Positions 20,644-29,557 of a stretch of DNA of 64,000 nucleotides are shown in pieces. Within the stretch, counting starts at the first letter, position 1; each line of letters starts with the position of its first letter. Source of the DNA: a virus (Duplodnaviria > Caudoviricetes). A program made the position numbers and the translations under genes. The notes beneath the pieces were generated by a model. It was given only the letters and a program-made list of their open reading frames with translations, was not told where the DNA came from and made no database searches. The DNA lies in the IMG/VR virus record IMGVR_UViG_3300033463_010483, positions 3,523 to 67,522 of that record; one strand, written 5' to 3'.

Positions 20644-21087
20644 TCACTTGACCTCAAAATCAACGCTGTTGATCATCACGCCAGTATCGATGAGCTGTTT
20701 GGATGATCCCTTTTTGGCGATAGTTGCCTCTGACAACGGTACACCATTGAAATCAGCAATTGACTGCTGCAACTGCCCTTTGATAGCCGCACCAGTCTGA
20801 CCCAAGGTCTTCGATGCGTCGTAATCATTGGAAATCAAGAGTTCGCCAACGGCCTCTGGCCATTCGGGGCTTTTGGCCGCGATCATGTTGCGAAAGAACG
20901 GTCTGGGCGGGATATTGCGAGCGGGCGCACCGAATTCCTGAATGGCGGCAACCATCGGAATGGAGGTTCCATCTGGATATGTGGCGCCATCAAGCAACCC
21001 AATATCTACCGATGAAGCCTGTGTGACCCTCTTGGCAATCTCAGCAAGTGCCGCCTCAAGTTTATTCCCGCCGCTAATCTTGACCAT
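20644..21087 (-). CDS. Neck/tail completion protein (HK97 gp10-like)
   Basis: AAIQEFG...IPPRPF...LIDTG motifs. Confidence 0.8.
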   Translation of the reverse strand: MVKISGGNKLEAALAEIAKRVTQASSVDIGLLDGATYPDGTSIPMVAAIQEFGAPARNIPPRPFFRNMIAAKSPEWPEAVGELLISNDYDASKTLGQTGAAIKGQLQQSIADFNGVPLSEATIAKKGSSKQLIDTGVMINSVDFEVK

Positions 21088-21314
21088 TATTCGGCCGGTG
21101 CTGGTTCTTCGGCCTTTGGCTCTTCTGCAGCTGGAGCTTCTGGCGCGGCTTCTATCGCTGGAGCCTCAGCGACCGGCTCAACACCCAGATGCTCAGCAAC
21201 TGGAGCCAGATCGGCTGCCATAACTGCGGGGGCAGCAAGTGCCACAAGCGCATCGACATATGGAAGCAGCGCGGAAAGGGCCTGCACACGCTTGTCGAGA
21301 ACATCGATATCCAT
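21087..21314 (-). CDS. Ala/Glu/Pro-rich hypothetical protein
   Basis: 75 aa, TAATG-coupled to the next gene. Confidence 0.6.
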   Translation of the reverse strand: MDIDVLDKRVQALSALLPYVDALVALAAPAVMAADLAPVAEHLGVEPVAEAPAIEAAPEAPAAEEPKAEEPAPAE

Positions 21315-21346
21315 TGAGATTATCCTTTGGTGGTTGAGACGGGCGC

Positions 21347-21523
21347 TTAATCAGCCACAGAGGCGTCAGCACTCGATTTCTTCGACTGTGGCTGGGACGC
21401 TGCCGCTGCGGTCGCTTTCGCGTCAGTAGAGCCCGCAGCGGCCTCCAGGCGATCAAGCCGGTCCAGCACTTCGGTCATGAAATTACGAAGCTCTTTCGCG
21501 AGCATGGAAATTCTATCGTCCAT
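21347..21523 (-). CDS. Small hypothetical protein (58 aa)
   Basis: Below the track cutoff; hand translation MDDRISMLAKELRNF...; AGGA RBS. Confidence 0.6.
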   Translation of the reverse strand: MDDRISMLAKELRNFMTEVLDRLDRLEAAAGSTDAKATAAAASQPQSKKSSADASVAD

Positions 21524-21541
21524 TGTGTGTATTCCTGATTG

Positions 21542-21964
21542 TTAATAGAAGCAGCGGCCATAGGCCCGTCTTGGGCCGGGAATATAGCGAGCAGTTCTAT
21601 AGGGTGCTGTGGCTGCCCAGAATGCAGCCCCAAATGGCGTCTGCAGATACCAAGCGCTGTTTGCCGTGGACATGTAATCCGTTGAGACGGACACACTGCC
21701 CTCCGTTGCGTCACTGATGCGACCAACAACACCCGATGGCGGCTGTCCATTCACGCCATACATAATCTGGCAGATGTGGGCCACCATGAGATTAAGCAAG
21801 GTGGTTTGAATGGCCGCAGTACCGACAGGACCACCACCATCATTGCGGCAATAGAGTTCAGCGATCGGCAACGCGCCGTTGATGACCTGTGTCTGCAATA
21901 CATTCGGGAACATCGGGTAGATGGCGGCCCAACTGGCATAGTCGAACGTGACCTGAACGCCCAT
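21542..21964 (-). CDS. Head-tail connector (DUF4054-like)
   Basis: [29 protein letters not shown]. Confidence 0.82.
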   Translation of the reverse strand: MGVQVTFDYASWAAIYPMFPNVLQTQVINGALPIAELYCRNDGGGPVGTAAIQTTLLNLMVAHICQIMYGVNGQPPSGVVGRISDATEGSVSVSTDYMSTANSAWYLQTPFGAAFWAATAPYRTARYIPGPRRAYGRCFY

Positions 21965-21993
21965 GAGCCGCCCTCCTTATTTGAAGGCCCTGA

Positions 21994-22440
21994 TCAGGCC
22001 GGTACTTCAATGTCGAGAAACTTCTGCTCATCCGCGGTCTGAATTTTGCCTTTGAGGCGCTTCGGATCGATCGGCTCCAGGCCGGAGCGTGTATCATTGC
22101 GTTCCTTGGAGGCGCCAACCGTATCCTTGCTGTGCGCAAGAATCAGGCCGTTGACCACGGCATCCAGATCAGAATTCTGCTTCAGCCATTCGTCAAAGAA
22201 GTTCTTGTCGACATTGTGCGTGAAGGCATAGCTTGAACCGCGAGCAGCCGGGGCAAGACCGGGATCATACTTGTCCAGATAGCCCTTGAGGGTGACCGTT
22301 GGCTTGGATGCGTCAGCGATCCATTTGTCAACGGCGCGTGTACCGCCGCCGGGAAGCGGATCCTGCACCTCGATCTTTTTATGAAGACGAAGAACGAGAC
22401 CATGAGGGAGTTTGCAAGCAACTGTGATAGTTCCGGGCAT
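21994..22440 (-). CDS. Conserved head-associated phage protein
   Basis: MPGTITVACKLPHGL start at 22440 with AAGGAG RBS; follows the capsid gene. Confidence 0.75.
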   Translation of the reverse strand: MPGTITVACKLPHGLVLRLHKKIEVQDPLPGGGTRAVDKWIADASKPTVTLKGYLDKYDPGLAPAARGSSYAFTHNVDKNFFDEWLKQNSDLDAVVNGLILAHSKDTVGASKERNDTRSGLEPIDPKRLKGKIQTADEQKFLDIEVPA

Positions 22441-22561
22441 GTGATGCTCCTTTCGTTGAAAATTCGGCGTCACGTGACAGGCAGGTGCCGTGGAGTGATT
22501 GCGGGCCACCTGTCCGTCAAGATGCGCGTCCGCATCGGCCGATTAAGTTGGTTGAGATTTG

Positions 22562-23659
22562 TTAGACGCCCAGCATCTGGGAGATACCCATTGGCTGGCG
22601 GATGATCGCCCCCCAAGTGCCGGCAGTCATCTTCTTCTTCCATGAAGACATTGCGCGGATGATTGGGTGAGCGCGAAGCTTTTCGTTGAATGCGCAGTAA
22701 CCGGTTGCCTGGCCCTCCATCGCGTCAGCAATGAGCTGAACGACATTGCCTGCAGCCACACCAACCGGATTGGTTGCACTCTGTGCACCATATTGGACGG
22801 CCGAGACAATGCGCAGGTTCGGGAAGTTTTTGGCAAGAAGTTCAGAGACATTGACACCGAACGAGTTGGTTGCCGTCAGAGCAAGTTCCGAACCAGGAGA
22901 AAGTGCCAGGGTCATCTTGGTCTTCTGATCAACCAAGCCATTAGCCTGCTGACCCTGAAGCTGATACCAAAGCGCCTGGATATCGGCGAAGATTTCATTG
23001 GCTGTTGCGACGATCTGACCGTTGTTGACCCATTTCACGCCGCCATAAGCCTTGGAAGCCGGTGTCAGCGGAGCAGAAAGGTTCGGATCATTGAGCAGAC
23101 CATAGTTCTGCAGGCCCTGAACACCAAAGAAGTAGGTCTGGTTCAGAAAGCGATACAGAACCTGTGTGCCGGCGCCATCGACTTCGCCAACCCAGTTGAC
23201 GCGACCGAGACCAGCACGCTCGATTTCCAGCTCGCCATATTCCGAAATGGTCTGGAACAGATAGGACTGACGCTGCGGCCAGTTCATGTTGGCGCCGGAT
23301 TTACCATTCTCATTGTAGTCGCCATAGCTGGAAACTTCGCCAGTGGCTTCGACAACCGGGAACATTGCCGTCTGATCAACCCACGTGCCCTTGCGAACTT
23401 CGCCGAGCACTTCTGCGGCCGCTGTTGGCGAAAACAGAATCTTGTAAACTTCCGGGTCAATGAGTGTGGTCAAAAATGCGGGGATGCCGGCGTTCGATGT
23501 GGTCGCCAATGCAGGCTGCGCGTCCAGGGCAAGAGAGTTGCGCTTGAACTCTTCGGTAACGTAGGATTTTGCACCAGGCAGATAGATGCCGGCCGCTTCG
23601 AACATCGGGCGATGTGCGTTCCAGGCTGCGGCGGCCTGATGATAGTCATGAAATTCCAT
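22562..23659 (-). CDS. Major capsid protein (DUF2184-like)
   Basis: 365 aa; YGELEIERAG, GLLNDPNL; synteny. Confidence 0.88.
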   Translation of the reverse strand: MEFHDYHQAAAAWNAHRPMFEAAGIYLPGAKSYVTEEFKRNSLALDAQPALATTSNAGIPAFLTTLIDPEVYKILFSPTAAAEVLGEVRKGTWVDQTAMFPVVEATGEVSSYGDYNENGKSGANMNWPQRQSYLFQTISEYGELEIERAGLGRVNWVGEVDGAGTQVLYRFLNQTYFFGVQGLQNYGLLNDPNLSAPLTPASKAYGGVKWVNNGQIVATANEIFADIQALWYQLQGQQANGLVDQKTKMTLALSPGSELALTATNSFGVNVSELLAKNFPNLRIVSAVQYGAQSATNPVGVAAGNVVQLIADAMEGQATGYCAFNEKLRAHPIIRAMSSWKKKMTAGTWGAIIRQPMGISQMLGV

Positions 23660-23722
23660 TGTAATTCTCCTCAGGAGCCGCCGGCGCGAACGCGACCGGC
23701 GTTAAGTTGGATTGAAAGGTGA

Positions 23723-24664
23723 TTAGCCCTGCAGATGCGAGCCGATCTTGACGAGTTCACCCGGAAGGCCGGATGTGCGGCAGAACCACTTGGTTTCGAC
23801 ATTGGTTGCCGAAGTGATGGCCGTCGAAGCGACAATGGTATTGTTGTTGACAACGTAGGTGCCAGCGCCGCCAGTCGTACCGGTCAACTGCTGGGTGATG
23901 GCCGTGCCAGCCACAACGCCAGTGCCCGACAGGGTATTGCCGACGCCAAACACACCAACAACAGTGCCGCCAACTGTCAGAACACCGTAAGTGCCGCTGA
24001 TCGTGGTGGATGCGACGGTCTGTTCAGGAATGCTGAGCGAATAGGTACCGATGCCGCCCGGAGTACCGGAAAGCTGGCTGACAACAACAGTACCCGATGC
24101 AACACCCGTACCGGAGATTGTCGTGCCGGCGTAAACAGAGCCGGAACCGACAGCCGTAACCGTCAGGACGTTGCCCGCAATGGAGCCGGTCGTGGATGAA
24201 GTGGCGGCCGCGACGGAGCTTGCCGAGCCGGATGCACCGGCAGGCGCGCCGGTTGCTGCAAATGTTGCCTTGCCGTCCGCATAGTTGGCATAAGCCTTCA
24301 TGCCTGGAAGAGCCTGGGCTGCACCGTTGTTTTTCACCCAGAAGTCACCGCCATCAAAGACGGTGATCGGGAAGCCTGCCGGAATCTGCATGGATGCTTC
24401 CTGCAGATAGTTCTGGATCAGCGCCTGACCTTCACGGTGAATGAAGCCGGTCACTGGACCGGAGCCGAATGCATTGACAACGGCAGGTGCGCCATCGCCG
24501 TCGATGAACGAACTCGTTGCCCAAGCAAAGCGACCGACAATCGCAGAAGTACCCGCCACCAGACCACCAGGTCCGGCAAGCACGACTGCGCGTGGATTGG
24601 TGCTGGCGAAATCGCCTTCTACCGCCGGAGCGGGATTATAAACAGCCTGTGTCTGGAATCCCAT
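23723..24664 (-). CDS. Head decoration/cement protein with two inserted accessory modules
   Basis: MGFQTQ..PAPAVEGDFASTNP start; gene immediately upstream of the capsid gene. Confidence 0.8.
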   Translation of the reverse strand: MGFQTQAVYNPAPAVEGDFASTNPRAVVLAGPGGLVAGTSAIVGRFAWATSSFIDGDGAPAVVNAFGSGPVTGFIHREGQALIQNYLQEASMQIPAGFPITVFDGGDFWVKNNGAAQALPGMKAYANYADGKATFAATGAPAGASGSASSVAAATSSTTGSIAGNVLTVTAVGSGSVYAGTTISGTGVASGTVVVSQLSGTPGGIGTYSLSIPEQTVASTTISGTYGVLTVGGTVVGVFGVGNTLSGTGVVAGTAITQQLTGTTGGAGTYVVNNNTIVASTAITSATNVETKWFCRTSGLPGELVKIGSHLQG

Positions 24665-24680
24665 GTGGGATACTCCTCAT

Positions 24681-24704
24681 AAAAAAGGCCACTCAATGGT
24701 GGCC
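24681..24704 (-). terminator. Putative intrinsic terminator inside the head operon
   Basis: Minus strand GGCCAC-CATTGA-GTGGCC then T6. Confidence 0.6.
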
Positions 24705-24730
24705 GATGACTGGTGAATGATAAGAAGCGC

Positions 24731-26518
24731 TTAGAGCGTCTTGACGGGATTAGTTTTTGCGGCCGGGAACATTTCGTGGAACGAATTGACACCCTTGGCA
24801 TCCATGGCAACGCGCGGCGTGGCCTGAACCTGCGAACCTGGCAGCGGCTGGCTCTTCAGGATTGCCTTGAATGCGGAAGGATGAACACCTTCAATATCAA
24901 CATTCAGCGATGAGAGAGCCGTGCGGAAGACATCATCGGCGCTATCGTGAGCCATTGCGAGATTGCCGACATAGGGACGAACAAATTCCAGAGCGGCAAA
25001 GGTTTCGCGCTGGTTCTTGCGCTCGGCAATCTGCGCTTTTTTCACAGCGATTTGAATGGCGCTGTCCATGGCCTTCTGTGTGATGGTTTCCTTCTTGTCG
25101 TCTTCTTCATCTTCGGCCTTTTTATCCGCGTCTTCTTCGGATTCGTCCTCAGCCTTTGCTACCTTGTCGTCCTCGTTGCCATCCATGGCTTCGGCCGCTT
25201 CTTCATCGTCCTCGTCTTCCGCCGCATTCTTCGGAAGATCGTCATCGAGGGCCATCAGCTTCTTCACGACTTCATCAATGTTGGCATCCTGAGCAAGGAC
25301 ACCGGTCAGGGCAGTGGTGAGCGCGGCCTGCTTGGCTTTACTCGATGTGTTCTTTGCAGCCATGTCGGCCTCCTTCAAAGGTTCAATTGCTGAATCGCCG
25401 ATAACAACGTCGGGCCCGGCGCGACCCTCACGTACCAAGGCGACATGATTTCCGCCTATGTCTCGCATTATGCCGTCGAAGGTTTCCCCGTTGACGGTTC
25501 CCGATGTCATGTCGGCCCGATATCGGTAGCCACACGACAATTCTTTTTGCTCATCGGTTTCGATTAGTTCGATGGCCTCACCGTCCCAGATGTTGAGCGG
25601 GGCCATCAGATAGGGCGCTTTGAACTCAACCGTGTTTCCGACCGATCCAATCACAACTTCACGCGGATGCTCATCAGCGCTAACTGGGGTATGGATAAGC
25701 AGTATGGGCTTGCCTGCAAACGATCCGGCGGCCTTCGCAAGCTCTTTTGGATCGCGATAGAGCTTGTAAACACGCTCAGGATCGAGCCCCATCTGAGCCG
25801 CATTTGGTATTTCCTTGCCGTAATATGGGCAAATGTTTGCCTTGCTGATTGGCGTCATCTCAACGAAGAGATGTCCATCCTGATCAACACGCCGGATGCT
25901 ATTGCGGTCCATGGCGATTGAATCCATGGCCTCACCATGTTCTGGCTCGCCTTCTTCCTCACGGGTCCATTTGGCAAAGCCCTGTCGCAGACAATCCCAG
26001 TCTTCCGAGCTCATATCGGCGGCGATATCCAGCCGATCGCCAAGCATCTGCTTGAAGCCGGGATGCAATGGTTCCGGTAGTTGGTTCAGCGGTGCCCAGG
26101 CATAACCACTGTGTTCATCATTCAGTTTTGGAACAAACTTCTCACCTACCGCCTGCGCATAGGTATGAAATGCCATGCCATTTGGCGTAACGCGGCTGTC
26201 CAGCAGCTTTCGCTTGCCATTTGGTACGTCGCCCACTTCCTCATCGGATTCGCGCTGTGCGGTCTGCTCTGGTGTTTCACCATCTTCGGCTACACCACCG
26301 GGCAAAGCCCAATGGCCCGCATAGTTCTCTTCGCTTGAGGACCGGCGCAGCACCAGAACATCACCATCCGGCGCTACATAAAGTGTGCCGCATGCATGCC
26401 CATTGGTGGCATCTGCCGCGATAAATTCCTCGCCGACATCTTTTGGAATGCCCAGACGCGATTTTCCCTCAGCGGCGGCATACATGGCCCGCTTCTGCTT
26501 CTCTGATACGGCTGGCAT
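24731..26518 (-). CDS. Nudix hydrolase fused to DUF2213-type prohead protease/scaffold
   Basis: Nudix box G-VAEDG-E-TPEQTAQ-RESDEEVG; then ISKANICPYYG...ELSCGY...NHVALVREGRAG; acidic scaffold-like C-terminal region. Confidence 0.88.
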   Translation of the reverse strand: MPAVSEKQKRAMYAAAEGKSRLGIPKDVGEEFIAADATNGHACGTLYVAPDGDVLVLRRSSSEENYAGHWALPGGVAEDGETPEQTAQRESDEEVGDVPNGKRKLLDSRVTPNGMAFHTYAQAVGEKFVPKLNDEHSGYAWAPLNQLPEPLHPGFKQMLGDRLDIAADMSSEDWDCLRQGFAKWTREEEGEPEHGEAMDSIAMDRNSIRRVDQDGHLFVEMTPISKANICPYYGKEIPNAAQMGLDPERVYKLYRDPKELAKAAGSFAGKPILLIHTPVSADEHPREVVIGSVGNTVEFKAPYLMAPLNIWDGEAIELIETDEQKELSCGYRYRADMTSGTVNGETFDGIMRDIGGNHVALVREGRAGPDVVIGDSAIEPLKEADMAAKNTSSKAKQAALTTALTGVLAQDANIDEVVKKLMALDDDLPKNAAEDEDDEEAAEAMDGNEDDKVAKAEDESEEDADKKAEDEEDDKKETITQKAMDSAIQIAVKKAQIAERKNQRETFAALEFVRPYVGNLAMAHDSADDVFRTALSSLNVDIEGVHPSAFKAILKSQPLPGSQVQATPRVAMDAKGVNSFHEMFPAAKTNPVKTL

Positions 26519-26555
26519 CTAAAACCCCAAGAAAAAGCCGCACATTGCGGTGAAA

Positions 26556-26798
26556 TCAATTGTCGTTGTGATTATCGCGGTGATTGAACAGCCCACCCTC
26601 GCGGCCCCCGGTGGCATCCTCAAAGCTCAAGCGGTCATCGCCCTTAAGTGCTTTTTCAACGGATGCTATTTGGTCGGAAACCGATGTTCCTGGGACGATG
26701 TTCCCAACATTGGTAAAGGCCTGCCAGATCATTCCGGACGTGCGTGGTCCATGACGCGCAATCAATTCATGCGCGAAGTCTTGCAGATGAGAATGCAT
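26556..26798 (-). CDS. Hypothetical protein inserted in the head module
   Basis: 80-aa ORF between the MuF-like and protease genes. Confidence 0.55.
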   Translation of the reverse strand: MHSHLQDFAHELIARHGPRTSGMIWQAFTNVGNIVPGTSVSDQIASVEKALKGDDRLSFEDATGGREGGLFNHRDNHNDN

Positions 26799-26815
26799 GG
26801 ATTACTCCGGTTGAT

Positions 26816-27670
26816 TTAGCTAAAGCCTTTGATGAGCGGTCGCCCAACACATCGGCAATGGATCAATTCTCCGGGTTGGATGTGCTCACCAACATCTGGA
26901 TCAAGCCAACCTTCAGATATCTTGTAACGAGTCTTCTCTCGACCCGCCTTGAGGTGTGATGGCCTTGGTTCCCGCCCTCCACCTGAATGGGCCCATACAG
27001 CTTCATCCAAGCCAAGCTCTACATATCGTGCGCGGGTCATTGCCGCCGTCGCCTTGGCGTTTTGATCTTGGCTGATTAGGGCGGCACGGCGCTTCGTTAT
27101 GCCCAATCGTTCCTGCAGGTCTTTCGATACTTGACCAAGATCACGGCCCGTTTGAACACCTCGCATGACAATACCCTCCACCTGAGACAGGTATTGCTCA
27201 GGGATGGATTTGATTAGCGATACATTGGCATTCACGGTGGCGTCGAGAACATCACGCATGGCTGGCGTCATCTTGAACTCTACAGTCCAGCCACCATCCT
27301 TCATGATCCTCTTGAGTGATGCGGCGGTGCGACGTTCAACAGACTGGGCGAAATACCCGGCCATTTTGCTCGCCATTTCGTCAAAGCGCTTCGTCCAGCG
27401 CAATGACAGGTCTTTCATGGACTTTCGCAGCGCTTCGGCCGGGGTCTCGTCCTGAGCGATCCTTGGGGTGTTCTGGCGATAGGTTGCCTCGATCCAGTAT
27501 TGAACCGATTTGGCCATCTCATCGATCAGGACATTCAGGCGACGACGATAATCAGCTTCAATCCCGGCGTTCGGGTGTGTCGGACGGAGTGTCTTTTCCC
27601 TCGTCCTGCTTTTTCGCTGGATCGTCGGCAACATCGTTCTCCGGGGTTTCAAGACTGTCCCGGATATCAC
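26816..27670 (-). CDS. Head morphogenesis protein (SPP1 gp7/MuF-like)
   Basis: RRAALISQDQNAKA, W.HS, PGELIHCRC. Confidence 0.88.
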   Translation of the reverse strand: MISGTVLKPRRTMLPTIQRKSRTREKTLRPTHPNAGIEADYRRRLNVLIDEMAKSVQYWIEATYRQNTPRIAQDETPAEALRKSMKDLSLRWTKRFDEMASKMAGYFAQSVERRTAASLKRIMKDGGWTVEFKMTPAMRDVLDATVNANVSLIKSIPEQYLSQVEGIVMRGVQTGRDLGQVSKDLQERLGITKRRAALISQDQNAKATAAMTRARYVELGLDEAVWAHSGGGREPRPSHLKAGREKTRYKISEGWLDPDVGEHIQPGELIHCRCVGRPLIKGFS

Positions 27671-27721
27671 CCATTGCCTTGGTATTCTTGGCGTTGATGA
27701 TATCCCATAGATCCAGTTTGA

Positions 27722-27958
27722 TCATGATGCCATGATTTCGCGACGGAGTTGCACCCTGTGCCCATGCTCGCAACGAAACCTATCAGCTGCGATCCAAATG
27801 TCTTTTTCATTTTCCGCAGACGGATTTGATCGATAGGTATCTGTGGCTACTGAAAATGCCTTAGACAGAGTCAAAGCGCGTCGCATGTTTGGACAATCCG
27901 TAGTGAAGCCACTGCGAACGAGCGCCTTAATTGTTTGCGGTGTCGCCATGGTCATCAC
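27722..27958 (-). CDS. Hypothetical protein between portal and MuF-like gene
   Basis: 78 aa, ATGA-coupled to the portal stop. Confidence 0.55.
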   Translation of the reverse strand: MMTMATPQTIKALVRSGFTTDCPNMRRALTLSKAFSVATDTYRSNPSAENEKDIWIAADRFRCEHGHRVQLRREIMAS

Positions 27959-29553
27959 GCTGCCGTTGCCTTTCCGAAGAGATGATCCCCTACCGTATCA
28001 TCCGATTTGCCCTTTTCGGCAAGTCCATTCATGAGATGACCACCCTTCGGCGCCAGCCCATGTTCTTCCTCATCAAGAAGGTCGGGTACGTCATCGACAT
28101 CGATAAAGGCATATTTTGACCCCGGCTCATCTGCGATCCGCTTGCGGGTTTCCTCAGGAGAAATAGCGCCAGTATCAACTAGGATCTGATCTGTTTCCGC
28201 CTCGATCTTATCGACCTCAGCTTCGGACTTTTCATCGAGAGACCACAGCGGCACAAATTCGAAGTCAATGGTCTTGTCTACCTTCCCCCAAAGGGAGATC
28301 ATAATCAGACCAAGCAATCTGCGAAGCTGATCCCGATAAAGATGTTCCTGGTACGCGCCGATGTAGTCGTAGAAACTGCGCATGACCCCTTCGGAGTCCG
28401 CATTCAGCCCTGCCGGCTGTATTCCCAGCAATTTCACAGTAGGGATATGGCTAACAGCTGCCATGTGCTCCTGTGACTGGGCCTGCAATTGGTCCAAGCC
28501 GCCAAGGGGCGCGGAGACGTTGGCGAATGTCTCGCTGTCCTTATTGATCATCATCAGTCCGCGGTTATCCCGCAGATTGTTGAAGAGTTCAGCGCGAGCA
28601 AAAAGCTGCTGCCCGTCAGCTTGAACGATTGTTTCCATGTCTGTTCCCAGAACAAACACAGAAAAGGCCGAAATGATGTCGTTGACGCTCTGGCGGGTCT
28701 GCAGCCAGTTATCAACATATGGTTTGGCCATCTGCGAAATCGATAGGCCGCCGAATGAATAGGTCGGCTTCAGCAGGTCCGGCACTTCGCGTCCGATGAA
28801 GGTCAGAAGCCGTGATGAATGTACCGTCTTGGCCTGTACGAACCAACTATCAGGACGATACCAATTGTCCTTTAGCGGATCATTCGAATTGTAACTGGTC
28901 GGATAGCACCATACCGCTTCAACAGTTCGCAGTGCCTTGATCGGCTTTTTCTTCATCTTGGCAACGCTGAGTTTATCCCAACCGTTGCCGATGGATTTAT
29001 TCAACTCTTCTGGATCGTCGGTATCACCCGTATCAATGTAGATGTGTCCACGCCCAAAGAAACCATCCTGCTCGGTGGCCCGGCAGAACAGATCACGCAC
29101 GTTCAGCCGCTTAAACTCGGCCTCAAGCTCCTTGATGCGCTCTGATTTGTCCTCGCCCTCATCTGCACTTGATGTGAACTGGATCCATTTGCGGGTCATT
29201 TCCGAAGCAATGGTTTCAGACATCACCCGATATTCTGGCCGCTGGGCAAGTTCCGACAAGTAGGCATAGCCGAGAAAGGTAATACCCTCGGTCATGTACC
29301 CAGCAGATGCAAAGCTATTCGCCCAGCTCTGGACACCATCAATGGCGTTATCCATAGCCATACCACCAGCGGGGCCAACCCCATCCGGATGCTTAGCAAT
29401 AGTAAAGACCTGCGTTGGCGCGATGTTGGGCTTGATGTTGGAATTAGTAACGACGCCTTCACCAATTTTCATTGGACGCTTGGCCGGAGCGGCTTGTGTA
29501 GCAGGAGCCTCAACAGCAACCTTGCCTTTCCACCATTTCGACCAGAACGCCAT
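27955..29553 (-). CDS. Portal protein (DUF1073-type)
   Basis: Follows terL; ELAQRPEYR, IP.VKLLGIQPAGLNA; start reassigned to 29553. Confidence 0.88.
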   Translation of the reverse strand: MAFWSKWWKGKVAVEAPATQAAPAKRPMKIGEGVVTNSNIKPNIAPTQVFTIAKHPDGVGPAGGMAMDNAIDGVQSWANSFASAGYMTEGITFLGYAYLSELAQRPEYRVMSETIASEMTRKWIQFTSSADEGEDKSERIKELEAEFKRLNVRDLFCRATEQDGFFGRGHIYIDTGDTDDPEELNKSIGNGWDKLSVAKMKKKPIKALRTVEAVWCYPTSYNSNDPLKDNWYRPDSWFVQAKTVHSSRLLTFIGREVPDLLKPTYSFGGLSISQMAKPYVDNWLQTRQSVNDIISAFSVFVLGTDMETIVQADGQQLFARAELFNNLRDNRGLMMINKDSETFANVSAPLGGLDQLQAQSQEHMAAVSHIPTVKLLGIQPAGLNADSEGVMRSFYDYIGAYQEHLYRDQLRRLLGLIMISLWGKVDKTIDFEFVPLWSLDEKSEAEVDKIEAETDQILVDTGAISPEETRKRIADEPGSKYAFIDVDDVPDLLDEEEHGLAPKGGHLMNGLAEKGKSDDTVGDHLFGKATAA

Positions 29554-29557
29554 TGTA

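Noticed and set aside
22667-23722. 351-aa plus-strand ORF over the capsid gene
   Set aside because: Antisense shadow from codon bias in a highly expressed gene; no motifs.
27955-29553. DUF1073 proteins are sometimes labelled as anti-CBASS Acb1 family
   Set aside because: Size and position between terL and the MuF-like gene identify it as the portal; there is no evidence for a phosphodiesterase.
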